DNA of 58,057 bases, taken from IMG/VR virus record IMGVR_UViG_3300018914_000025; one strand, written 5' to 3'. The position numbers were made by a program, and so were the translations under genes. Below are positions 49,637-57,946 of the stretch, one piece after another (the stretch's first letter is position 1; each line of letters begins with the position of its first letter). The DNA comes from a virus. Under the pieces are notes generated by a model. That model ran no database searches, was not told the origin of the DNA, and saw only the letters and a program-made list of their open reading frames with translations.

Positions 49637-50795
49637 CCTCTATCAACTCCTTCCATTCAGCCTTCGGTCTCTTTGTGGGGACAAAGTTTTTAATCTCTCC
49701 GTTGTCGGCGGCAAAGTGAACCGAGACACCGTTTAAGAACTTCACGACCGTCCCGTTGGCTTCCAAGTATGTTTTCCCGTTTTGAATCGCATCAATTACG
49801 TCATCGACAGACTTTATCCGGCCGTTATTGATGTGCCCGTGCAAACGGTTGAGCGCGTGCTCTAGCGCGTGATACCCGGTGTCTTCTTTGATGCGCTCGT
49901 GTGTACCCGTCAACTTTTGCCGGTAGGTTTCACTGTGCCCGGGATGACGAACTTCGAACACGTCTTCGACGATAACCGATTGCATGGTACATCGACAGTT
50001 TATGATCTGTCGGGTACTCCCATTCGGATCTCCTGGAAACATCAAGTCCTCACGGCCAACACGAAACGGTTTGTCGATAGGCATTGTTTGGCCGTTCGCT
50101 ACCCGGTGGTCAGCGCGTGTGCGCTTGTTGTTCGCGGATCTCCAGCGTTTTTTCTTCACGACACCCGACTGTCTCCATCCTTCGAGCTTGCCCCCATTCG
50201 CTGCCGCTGTAGTCATCGTGCGCGAAATTCGCAGCGCGCGCGTCATACTGAAGGGGCCTACCTCACCGCTAGCAGCCTGTCTGCTTACTTCTTTTACCAG
50301 TATAGCACGTTCTGCGGGTGTCTTGCCTCCCTCAATTGCTGCGCTGAAGGCATTCAGCAGATGCGTACGTGAGGTTTCATTCATGTCAGGAACAAGTTTT
50401 TCCAGGTGTTTCGTGAATTTCGCGGCCGCCTTGTTCGCAGTGTTCCACTTCGCCTCATCATTCACCGCCACAGCCTCGGATTTTCCGGCAAGCTCGAACA
50501 GAGGGAGAAAGGCTTTTTTCATCGCCTCTTTGAACTTATCCTGAAAGAGTTCACTTGACTGCACCCGCAGAATAACTTTCAGTAACTCATCTGGATCCGT
50601 CAGCAGATCATCGCTCAGTTCCTGTATAGCCGCGTCCAACTCGGCTCCCTGCAGTTGTAACAGCTCGGCGATCGCGTCCTCGCCTTCCTTGTACAACTTC
50701 TCCAGCGTCATCCGCTCTGCGTTTGTCAGATCAAGGCTATCGAGGAAGTCGTCATCTTCTGCCTTCACGATAAATTCCAGACACGCCCTACACAT
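49626..50795 (-). CDS. SPP1 gp7 / Mu F-like minor head protein with about 110 extra C-terminal residues
   Basis: MuF core ends at the typical ..PGDPNGSTRQIINCRCTM; an unrelated C-terminal domain follows. Confidence 0.8.
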   Translation of the reverse strand: MCRACLEFIVKAEDDDFLDSLDLTNAERMTLEKLYKEGEDAIAELLQLQGAELDAAIQELSDDLLTDPDELLKVILRVQSSELFQDKFKEAMKKAFLPLFELAGKSEAVAVNDEAKWNTANKAAAKFTKHLEKLVPDMNETSRTHLLNAFSAAIEGGKTPAERAILVKEVSRQAASGEVGPFSMTRALRISRTMTTAAANGGKLEGWRQSGVVKKKRWRSANNKRTRADHRVANGQTMPIDKPFRVGREDLMFPGDPNGSTRQIINCRCTMQSVIVEDVFEVRHPGHSETYRQKLTGTHERIKEDTGYHALEHALNRLHGHINNGRIKSVDDVIDAIQNGKTYLEANGTVVKFLNGVSVHFAADNGEIKNFVPTKRPKAEWKELIEDDE

Positions 50796-52287
50796 GATGA
50801 TTCGCCACCGTTACCCGCAGGAGTCGTTTTGCGATTGCAGCGACCTCTTCCTGTGGGTCTACTGGAGCCATACCCATATTTACGCTCATCGCGGCAGTAA
50901 GTTTCGCAACAGGCGTGTCGAGGTATCCAGGCTCGTAGTCCTCTTCGTTGATCGGTCGCCCCATGACTTCCTCTGCAATCGGAATCAGGTCGCGTACGCG
51001 GAGCACGCCGCGGTCTGCCAGATAGTCCAGCAGGTGTTTGCGTTCTTCCGGATCTCGAATCTCCGGCCCGCGCAGTTTGACCTTTACGCGATGAATGCCG
51101 ATGGCCGGCAGCAGTGCTTTGTTGAACACCTTGTCGGCGATCCAGTTCCGATACGGGATGAACACCTGCTCCTCCGTGATCTGTCGGGCAGTGTTGGCCG
51201 TGGCCCGGTTGTAATCCGACGACATGCCGGCGTAGATTGGCGGCAGGCGGAACTGCGAGAGCGCCTTTTCGCGCTGCTTGGCGTCGTACTCCTGGAAAAG
51301 ACCGTCCTGCTGGAGAACATCCTGCAGCTTCTCGAAGCGCGCGGTCGGCTTCAGTACCTTCGTATCCTCACCCTGCAGGACCTCTGTTCCGAACACCTCA
51401 ATCAGCATCCAGGCGCCGTCGTTCTCCGGGTTGGACGCCGCTTTGATCTGCTCCACCGACTCCTGCGTGAGCGTGCCCCCCTCCGCCACTACAGCGATCG
51501 GGACCTTCTTTCCGCTCTTGAAATACTTGTAGTTCAGCTCCTCTGCCATCCGGGAGCCGAGTATCCCCGGGGTGTTCCCCACCCATCGCGGCTCCGCATA
51601 AACGGACGTCGCGTCATTCAGCTTCAGGTGTAGGATCTGCGAGACATCCGGTCGACTCAACGGCAAAAACTGCTCGAACTCCACTTTCTGCGTCTTTTTC
51701 TTCTGGACGTACTTGCGTGTCCGGACCGGCATCAGCACTTCTTTCACTTCGCCGCTTTTGCTGAGATACGGGATGCGAAGATTTTCTTGGATCTGGGTTT
51801 CGGCTGCCGCGCGTATGTACTCGGAGTCCGCCGGGTAAACCGTCGGCGTATCCGCTCCGGCCGCCCAGGTGACCTCCAGATACCCGTTCCCGGTGCTTTC
51901 CAGCTCCCGAACTAGGTGCTTGACGATCTCCTCGGGCGTCGTCAGGGGGTTCATGATCTGCAGGAACTCTTCCGCCCGCGCCCACTCTTCGTCAGCCAGG
52001 GCTTTCTGCTTCGGGTCATCCAGGTCGATTCGCTCGTCGTACTCCAGCTGGATGCCAAAGTCCGCGACGTTCGTCGCGTACGCTTCGATACACTGCGGCA
52101 AGATGTTCGACTGGCTCACGATGGCTTTCAGCTGGTTCGGGGAGTAATCCGGCTGCACCAGCCCGTCATAGTCGCCCAGGAATACGTCCTCGATCTGGCG
52201 CGTCGCGGCTCCCTTGTTGCTGTTGTCGGCCTTGAAAATCGTGACCCGTACGTCGTTTCCGTGCGGCCGTTGTTTCGGTTCGCTCAT
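50788..52287 (-). CDS. Portal protein
   Basis: 499 aa directly after the large terminase gene. Confidence 0.85.
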   Translation of the reverse strand: MSEPKQRPHGNDVRVTIFKADNSNKGAATRQIEDVFLGDYDGLVQPDYSPNQLKAIVSQSNILPQCIEAYATNVADFGIQLEYDERIDLDDPKQKALADEEWARAEEFLQIMNPLTTPEEIVKHLVRELESTGNGYLEVTWAAGADTPTVYPADSEYIRAAAETQIQENLRIPYLSKSGEVKEVLMPVRTRKYVQKKKTQKVEFEQFLPLSRPDVSQILHLKLNDATSVYAEPRWVGNTPGILGSRMAEELNYKYFKSGKKVPIAVVAEGGTLTQESVEQIKAASNPENDGAWMLIEVFGTEVLQGEDTKVLKPTARFEKLQDVLQQDGLFQEYDAKQREKALSQFRLPPIYAGMSSDYNRATANTARQITEEQVFIPYRNWIADKVFNKALLPAIGIHRVKVKLRGPEIRDPEERKHLLDYLADRGVLRVRDLIPIAEEVMGRPINEEDYEPGYLDTPVAKLTAAMSVNMGMAPVDPQEEVAAIAKRLLRVTVANHHV

Positions 52288-52290
52288 GTC

Positions 52291-53967
52291 CTACCTCCTT
52301 TCCTTGACGCTGATGCGCTTCGTCACGCTGCGTCGTTCAGTGTTTACTGCTGCACGTTTCTTTTTGCTCGCGCTGACGGCCATTTCCAGAGCGTCCGGCC
52401 CGTCATCTTTTTTCGCTTTCGGGAAACCCTCCAGCTGTTCCAGAAACACCCGCGGCAACCCCTTGGCAAACCGCAGGTACTTGTTTTTGATGTCCGGTTG
52501 CAGGCGTGTGATCCTCAGTTCCTTGTCAGATGTTTGTTTCAGCTCCGAAATCGGCAGGTAAACGCCGTCTCTCATCGCTCGTTTTTTAATCTCATGGGCA
52601 AAGAACTCCTGAAACTGCACCGTCTCAACGACGAATTCCTCGTATTTCAAACCGTGCTCTGCGTAAAACTTCGCTCTTGAAAGCATGTCTTGGATGATTT
52701 TATCTGGGTGCCGAACTTCCAGATCCGCAAAAATACACCAGAGCTGCCCAGTTCTCTTGTGTTTTGCCACGTCCACGATCGCAGAATAGTCGCCGTTCTT
52801 CGCTTTTTTCCCGAGCGAAGGGTCGCATGCTCCGTAAATCAAAAAATCCCGCCTCAGTTCTTCCAAGGTGGGACCCGGTTCCGGTTCAATCAAGCCGTGG
52901 AACAAGCATTGCGACTTGTCGATCGGATCATTCTGCAGCTCGGAATAGAAAGCTGTCTCTGAAGCCAGCCGTGCGAGCATCAGGCTGTAGTAGGTGTGCT
53001 TTTCGGGCCACAGCACCTCTGTACCGCGCAGCATTTCCTCTCGGTTCGCAGTAAAGAACGCCTCGGCATCAGCCATTCGATTCGGGTTGTCTAGATCGAG
53101 AGCGATCCTTCGCCATTCATCCCAGAGATCCTCCCGCTCGGCAAAAGAGATAACCGCACGGTACACTTTGCTATCAAACAGGGGATTGTCGATGATCCTC
53201 TTCAGCACTGAATCGCTTTCCAGAATGGTTCCCATTACCACGATGTCCGTCAGCGACTTACCGCCCAACCCGGTACCACCGGCGCGCATTACAGCTTTCA
53301 GGAACCATTCCTCGTATGCCCAGCGCTTCTGCTCATCGGACTTGACGTTTTTGTCGTTCTCGATGTCATCCAGGATAATCAAGTCCGGCCGGTAGTTTTT
53401 GTACTTCAGACCGCGGATCTTACCGCCAATACCTTTCGCAATCAGACATACGCCGTTCGACGTCTCCATTTCGGTCACGTTCCACGTAGGGCCGCGGAGG
53501 TCGCCAAAGTCTTCCCGAATCCGCTCGTTTTCGTCCAATTCGGTCTGAATCGCATCGAGGTACCCGCTTGCCTGGTCCTCAGAGTCCGACGTCAAGACGA
53601 TAAAATGTCGCAGCTCGTAGCAGGTGCAATACAACGGCAGCCCCAGCGTCAACTGTGTTGACTTGGCATGCTCCCGGGGAGCCGCCCGAACAAGCCGCGT
53701 ACCGCCGCCTCTCTCCACCAGCTTATGCAGGTCTGAAAACACTTCAAGATGATGCCGCGAAAACGGCTGATAGAAATAATGGGGGAGGTAGGCTTTGCAG
53801 AAATACTCCATGTCCAATTCAGCCAATTGTCTCCGCAGGCCCTTCTTCCCTGTCAGCTGGACGTTAGGAGCACTGAGCAAGCCGTCGATCGTCTCATCGT
53901 CAAAGTGCCGTTTGAGATATTCGTTTAACTGCTCCAGTTCCCACGTTTCCAACCTCTGTACCTCCAA
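52291..53967 (-). CDS. Terminase large subunit
   Basis: ATPase motifs AAPREHAKST and LIILDD; C-terminal nuclease half; position before the portal gene. Confidence 0.9.
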   Translation of the reverse strand: MEVQRLETWELEQLNEYLKRHFDDETIDGLLSAPNVQLTGKKGLRRQLAELDMEYFCKAYLPHYFYQPFSRHHLEVFSDLHKLVERGGGTRLVRAAPREHAKSTQLTLGLPLYCTCYELRHFIVLTSDSEDQASGYLDAIQTELDENERIREDFGDLRGPTWNVTEMETSNGVCLIAKGIGGKIRGLKYKNYRPDLIILDDIENDKNVKSDEQKRWAYEEWFLKAVMRAGGTGLGGKSLTDIVVMGTILESDSVLKRIIDNPLFDSKVYRAVISFAEREDLWDEWRRIALDLDNPNRMADAEAFFTANREEMLRGTEVLWPEKHTYYSLMLARLASETAFYSELQNDPIDKSQCLFHGLIEPEPGPTLEELRRDFLIYGACDPSLGKKAKNGDYSAIVDVAKHKRTGQLWCIFADLEVRHPDKIIQDMLSRAKFYAEHGLKYEEFVVETVQFQEFFAHEIKKRAMRDGVYLPISELKQTSDKELRITRLQPDIKNKYLRFAKGLPRVFLEQLEGFPKAKKDDGPDALEMAVSASKKKRAAVNTERRSVTKRISVKERR

Positions 53968-53992
53968 ATTAAAAAGCAGGGATGAACCCTGC

Positions 53993-54694
53993 TTATGTCT
54001 TGTTATGTAATTCTCTCCAGCACCAGAAGGTAGAAAATTTTACCGCGTTGTTCGCGCTCCTGCGGTTGTTGCTGCACCAATATACATACTGCTCGTACTG
54101 GTCCGGTGCTATTCCGTGAAGGTTTGCGAGGTACTCGATCAATACCTGCCACCTCTCGGAATCTATCTTACGGGCGACCTCCGGCTTCTTTACCCACTCA
54201 AAAGGGTTTTGATTGTCCTTATCCATGTTTAACAAACTGGACATCGGAACCATGTTCCCTTTATAGGTACCACCGTGCCCCCAGGATACCGGTATGAAGT
54301 GATCAAACTCGATGTCGATCTTCTCCCCGGTAAGCGCACAGCCGCCGAAGTGGTCGTATATTTCTTTAGCTACTTTCTGGTTCCAATAGTAAGGCAGTAA
54401 ACTCTCTGATTTGGACCGTTTCGCTTTTGTAAAACCTCTTTGTACGGCTTTATCGGCGCCGTGCGCTGAATCCTGCAAAGTTTCCGCATACGCCAGTGCA
54501 TCCATCTCTCGACCGAAAGCTATATACTCCGGATCATCTGAAAAACTTAGCCGATCTACCGATTTTTGCAGTTGGGCCATTTCATACTCATGTAAGCCGG
54601 CTTTTACGCTTTCTAGTCCGTACCGTTTTACTAATTCAAGAAATGCAGCAAATTCGGGCGAGTCAACCGAAGGCCGAGATCTTCGATTCATCAC
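53993..54694 (-). CDS. HNH endonuclease
   Basis: EFDHFIPVSWGHGGTYKGNMVPMSSLLN (H-N-H core) in a 233-aa protein next to terL. Confidence 0.8.
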   Translation of the reverse strand: MMNRRSRPSVDSPEFAAFLELVKRYGLESVKAGLHEYEMAQLQKSVDRLSFSDDPEYIAFGREMDALAYAETLQDSAHGADKAVQRGFTKAKRSKSESLLPYYWNQKVAKEIYDHFGGCALTGEKIDIEFDHFIPVSWGHGGTYKGNMVPMSSLLNMDKDNQNPFEWVKKPEVARKIDSERWQVLIEYLANLHGIAPDQYEQYVYWCSNNRRSANNAVKFSTFWCWRELHNKT

Positions 54695-55248
54695 TTACCG
54701 CCTATCTTTTTGATGTATCTGTACAAGGTGGCTTTGCTTATGCCGGTAGCCTCCACGATCTCGGGAACGCTCATGTTTCCAGCGTTGTATAGTTGGACCG
54801 CGGCCTCAATTTTGCGCTTGTCTGCTTTTGGTCTTCCGCCCACACGCCCGCGTGCGCGCGCCGCTTTCAGACCAGCCTGGGTGCGTTCGGCAATGATGTC
54901 ACGTTCCAGCTCGGCGATGCTCGCCATCGTTCGGAAGAAGAACTTTCCGACTGGCGTGGTGGTGTCGATGCCATCGACCAGGGAGATAAATTCAATACCG
55001 TTCTCCTCCAGCTGTTTCGTCAATTCCAGCAGTTTGAAAGTGGAGCGTCCCAGACGGTCGAGCTTGTAGACAACAAGCGCGTCACCCGGCCGTAATTGAT
55101 CGAGCAGCCGTGCCAGTTCCGGTCGATCGTCTCGCTTGCCGCTCATCTTTTCGGTGAAGATTTTCTCACACCCGGCCGCCTTCAGAGCATCCAGCTGTGA
55201 ATCCAGATTCTGGTCCAAGGTACTGACCCGAGCATAACCGAATTTCAT
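54691..55248 (-). CDS. Small serine recombinase (resolvase/invertase family)
   Basis: MKFGYARVSTLDQ catalytic-serine motif, DRLGRS, and a C-terminal HTH (VPEIVEATGISKATLYRYI); about 185 aa. Confidence 0.9.
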   Translation of the reverse strand: MKFGYARVSTLDQNLDSQLDALKAAGCEKIFTEKMSGKRDDRPELARLLDQLRPGDALVVYKLDRLGRSTFKLLELTKQLEENGIEFISLVDGIDTTTPVGKFFFRTMASIAELERDIIAERTQAGLKAARARGRVGGRPKADKRKIEAAVQLYNAGNMSVPEIVEATGISKATLYRYIKKIGGK

Positions 55249-55344
55249 AGCGCCCAACCCCCAACCCTATATTTGTTGAGTTAAGAGTATCAAAAATGTT
55301 ACGTTTTGGCAACTATGAAATGAGACTATTTTTTGATTCTAAAA

Positions 55345-55388
55345 ATACGGTCAAACCGAGGCCGTAGGCCTCAAAATTTGAACCGTAT
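55345..55388. promoter_or_regulatory. 44-bp imperfect palindrome upstream of the recombinase gene (candidate res/crossover site)
   Basis: ATACGGTCAAACCGAGGCCgtaGGCCTCAAAATTTGAACCGTAT; outer 7-bp and inner 6-bp arms are perfect. Confidence 0.4.
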
Positions 55389-55402
55389 CAGAAAGAATCG
55401 TT

Positions 55403-55990
55403 TTAGATACTGTCCGGGTCAGGCGTCTCGCCGGCGGTCTCTTTCTTCCGCAGCTCCCGCAGCCGGTTCACGATCTGCGCGTCTTCCTCGGGGTCTCGGT
55501 TGATCTTAATCTCCTGCTTGTCGGTAAACAGGGCCAGGTGTCGGCCAATCAACTCCAGGGCCTTTTGCGGATCCGTGCGTTTGATCACCAAACCGTGCTG
55601 CCCTTCCCTGATCTCCGTGATCAGCGTACCGTCTACCTCGGAGGCGTCCTTCAGCCTTAATACCCGGTGCTGCTCGTAAATGGGCTCTCCTTCGGGAGTC
55701 TCTCCCACCTTTACGAATTTTTCGTCCCAGTAAACGAAGTCCCGAATATCAGAGAAAGCCTGCCGTGCGAGTTGATGCAGTACCCGATCGGCGGTAATCT
55801 CCGTTCGCTTCGCGCGTTCTGCCATAGCCTTCTGGATGGCTTCTTGGATATAAGGTTTTCCAAGGTTTTCGCTACCGATTACAGAGGCCGTAACGGGGCT
55901 GTAACCAGCACGGATAGCCGCCTGTGTAGCGTTCAGATCAATCAGGTACTCTTGAACAAAGGCTTTTTGTTTCGGTGTTAAATCTGCCAT
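55403..55990 (-). CDS. Terminase small subunit (P27/Terminase_2 type)
   Basis: LTPKQKAFVQEYLIDLNATQAAIRAGYS is the hallmark N-terminus. Confidence 0.9.
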   Translation of the reverse strand: MADLTPKQKAFVQEYLIDLNATQAAIRAGYSPVTASVIGSENLGKPYIQEAIQKAMAERAKRTEITADRVLHQLARQAFSDIRDFVYWDEKFVKVGETPEGEPIYEQHRVLRLKDASEVDGTLITEIREGQHGLVIKRTDPQKALELIGRHLALFTDKQEIKINRDPEEDAQIVNRLRELRKKETAGETPDPDSI

Positions 55991-56086
55991 TTCACCACCC
56001 CCTGTCTACCAAAATAAAAAACCCGCCGCATTTCGCGAGCGAGTTCGTCTGTTCTGCATAGTAAATCCAACTTACCATAAATATAC

Positions 56087-56101
56087 GATAATATTCGTAT
56101 A
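56087..56101. promoter_or_regulatory. Degenerate GATAC-N5-GTATC-like palindrome (GATAAtattcGTATA)
   Basis: Two mismatches; lies within TATACGAtaatatTCGTATA between the ArpU-like gene and terS. Confidence 0.3.
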
Positions 56102-56105
56102 GCTG

Positions 56106-56504
56106 TCAAGGGTTTTCGCTACAGATTTTATCATAGACGGCCTTAACAGCCAGGGCCTTGCCGTTTACGTGCCGGTAGATGTGGTCGATCGCCTGATTAC
56201 AGCGTGTGCGGTACTTCTGCTCCGACATCCCCAGCGCTTGCAAGGTCTTCTTCAGAGGCGGTTTGATGATCCAGCGTGCCTTCACCACCAGTTGCAACTC
56301 CCGGGGCAGGGCCTTGATCGCTGCGTCCAGCATGATCTTGTTCAGGTGTGTGCTGGTAACGCCGTCGTACGGCTTCGGACCGCTGTTACACGGAAGCGCA
56401 TCGACAGGAGAGTCTCGCATCTGCAGCGATTGGTAGTTCTCCAGCCAGAAACGCACAACCTTCTTCGAAACATAACCCTCTACACGTATAGACAGAAAAA
56501 CCAC
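56106..56504 (-). CDS. ArpU/RinA-like late-gene transcriptional activator (sigma region-4-like), tentative
   Basis: 132 aa immediately upstream of terS; LPRELQLVVKARWI...TLQALGMSEQKYRTRCNQAIDHI resembles ArpU-family proteins. Confidence 0.5.
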   Translation of the reverse strand: MVFLSIRVEGYVSKKVVRFWLENYQSLQMRDSPVDALPCNSGPKPYDGVTSTHLNKIMLDAAIKALPRELQLVVKARWIIKPPLKKTLQALGMSEQKYRTRCNQAIDHIYRHVNGKALAVKAVYDKICSENP

Positions 56505-56520
56505 CTCCTGTAAGTAAAGT

Positions 56521-56701
56521 ACTCTTTACTTAATAGTATTATATACTATATAATATAATATTTATAATTTATAATATATAATATTATATATAATATATAA
56601 GAGAGAGTTTTCGCAGGGGGGGTTCATCATTACACACACTGTACGTGTACTTTGTACTAGGTGGGTACCCCCCTCCAAAATCGGAGCGATTATATATTTT
56701 T
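56521..56701. repeat. Imperfect inverted repeat, copy B (partner 23715..23895), includes a ~75-bp A/T tract
   Basis: Its reverse complement aligns by hand with 23715-23895; the A/T tract spans about 56523-56600. Confidence 0.8.
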
Positions 56702-56783
56702 TCTCTCAACCGCTGCAAACCACCGAAACCCGCCTACGATTGGAACGTATTAACAGGAAGTCCAATTAAAGGGGGTTTTCTCT

Positions 56784-57350
56784 ATGAAAGACAAGAACAT
56801 GTTTTTCACAAGCATCATCAATCTGGAGCTGTGGGACAAAGCCGGCTGGAAAGCAGCTGTATTCGGCGGCTCTCCTGACAGACCGCCTGTTCTCGGCATC
56901 GGATTCACAAACAAAGCCGCTGCAGAGCAGATTTTCAAGGAATGGCGGCAGCGTTTCGGAGCTGTAGACACCCACGACGAAATCCGAGTCTCGATCATCG
57001 AAGGTCCCATCCCTGGGGAAGACGACGGCTACACGGTTCACATCAACACGGACGTCGACGGCCTGATCCGCCGCACCCAGGCAGAAGGTCGCGACATCAC
57101 AGACGATCTGATCACCGTGATCGGACGATTCATCCGCATGAATCCCGCACCCGGCTCCAAGAACCTGGAGGCCTTCAAAAAGGAGTACGAAAAGCATCAG
57201 TCGTATTACTTGGTGCCTTGTTTCTTCGACCGTGCTGGCGTGGCGCTGATGTTCGACTACGCGATCGCGAAAAAGAAGATCCTGTTCCGGCAGTCAGCAG
57301 ACGTCACTCCGAACGACCTGGATTACGTCGTGTTCAGAACTCAACAGTAG
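56784..57350 (+). CDS. hypothetical protein (isolated plus-strand gene)
   Basis: 188-aa ORF with an AAAGGGGG RBS and a terminator downstream; no motif recognised. Confidence 0.6.
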   Translation: MKDKNMFFTSIINLELWDKAGWKAAVFGGSPDRPPVLGIGFTNKAAAEQIFKEWRQRFGAVDTHDEIRVSIIEGPIPGEDDGYTVHINTDVDGLIRRTQAEGRDITDDLITVIGRFIRMNPAPGSKNLEAFKKEYEKHQSYYLVPCFFDRAGVALMFDYAIAKKKILFRQSADVTPNDLDYVVFRTQQ

Positions 57351-57355
57351 ACCCA

Positions 57356-57385
57356 AGAGAGGCGAGGTTCGACCCCCGCCTCTCT
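57356..57385 (+). terminator. Rho-independent terminator
   Basis: AGAGAGGCG-N12-CGCCTCTCT followed by TTGTGT. Confidence 0.55.
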
Positions 57386-57419
57386 TTGTGTCGGCCTACT
57401 TTCCTGATGTAATGTTTTG

Positions 57420-57635
57420 TTAAATGTAGACGTCCCTCGGCTGGGCCCCGCGGTATGGGGAAACCAGACCCTCCTGCTCCATTCGCTCGATCAAACGCGC
57501 TGCATAGGTGTACCCGCATCTCAGCTTCCGCTGTAACATTGTGGCCGAGCACTGCTTTGTTTCCTTTACGATCTCTACGGCCCTTTGGTATGTGCCTTCA
57601 AAATCTTCTGGATACATGCGCTGGTATTCATTCAT
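57420..57635 (-). CDS. Stand-alone FtsK-gamma-like winged-helix protein
   Basis: CSATMLQRKLRCGYTYAARLIERMEQEGLVSP matches the FtsK gamma domain pattern (S.LQRR..IGY.RAARLID.ME..G.V); GGAGGG RBS before MNEYQ. Confidence 0.75.
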   Translation of the reverse strand: MNEYQRMYPEDFEGTYQRAVEIVKETKQCSATMLQRKLRCGYTYAARLIERMEQEGLVSPYRGAQPRDVYI

Positions 57636-57670
57636 CCTGATTCCCTCCATTTAACAAATCGTGTGTGGTG

Positions 57671-57781
57671 TTAAGCCCAGATCAGCCAGCCAAGAAATAG
57701 CCCTGCGCTGAGTCCTGCCAAGCCTACTGAAGCCGCCAATACAAGAATTACTTTTGCGATGCCTTCTCCAAATTCCAGCAT
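57671..57781 (-). CDS. Small single-TM peptide (36 aa), tentative
   Basis: Hand translation: MLEFGEGIAKVILVLAASVGLAGLSAGLFLGWLIWA*; AAAGGGGA RBS. Confidence 0.35.
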   Translation of the reverse strand: MLEFGEGIAKVILVLAASVGLAGLSAGLFLGWLIWA

Positions 57782-57802
57782 CTTAGGTTCCCCTTTCCTG
57801 AA

Positions 57803-57946
57803 TTACCGCTGTGTTAAATTTGACCGTTCCTCATCTGCTCCACGCGATTTCATGTCTTTGCCACAATCAGGGCATTCGATTACGATCACGCTTACAGCAG
57901 TTGAACTTCCCCTCACCTTGAGGGAAACCCAGCATTCTTCGCACAA
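57803..57946 (-). CDS. Small zinc-ribbon ORF (CEEC...CPDC), TTG start, tentative
   Basis: Hand translation: (M)CEECWVSLKVRGSSTAVSVIVIECPDCGKDMKSRGADEERSNLTQR*; start and RBS are weak. Confidence 0.25.
   Translation of the reverse strand: MCEECWVSLKVRGSSTAVSVIVIECPDCGKDMKSRGADEERSNLTQR

Noticed and set aside
54691-55248. The serine recombinase considered as the prophage integrase.
   Set aside because: At about 185 aa it has only the catalytic domain plus an HTH, typical of resolvase/invertase enzymes. It lacks the large C-terminal recombinase and zinc-ribbon domains of phage serine integrases.
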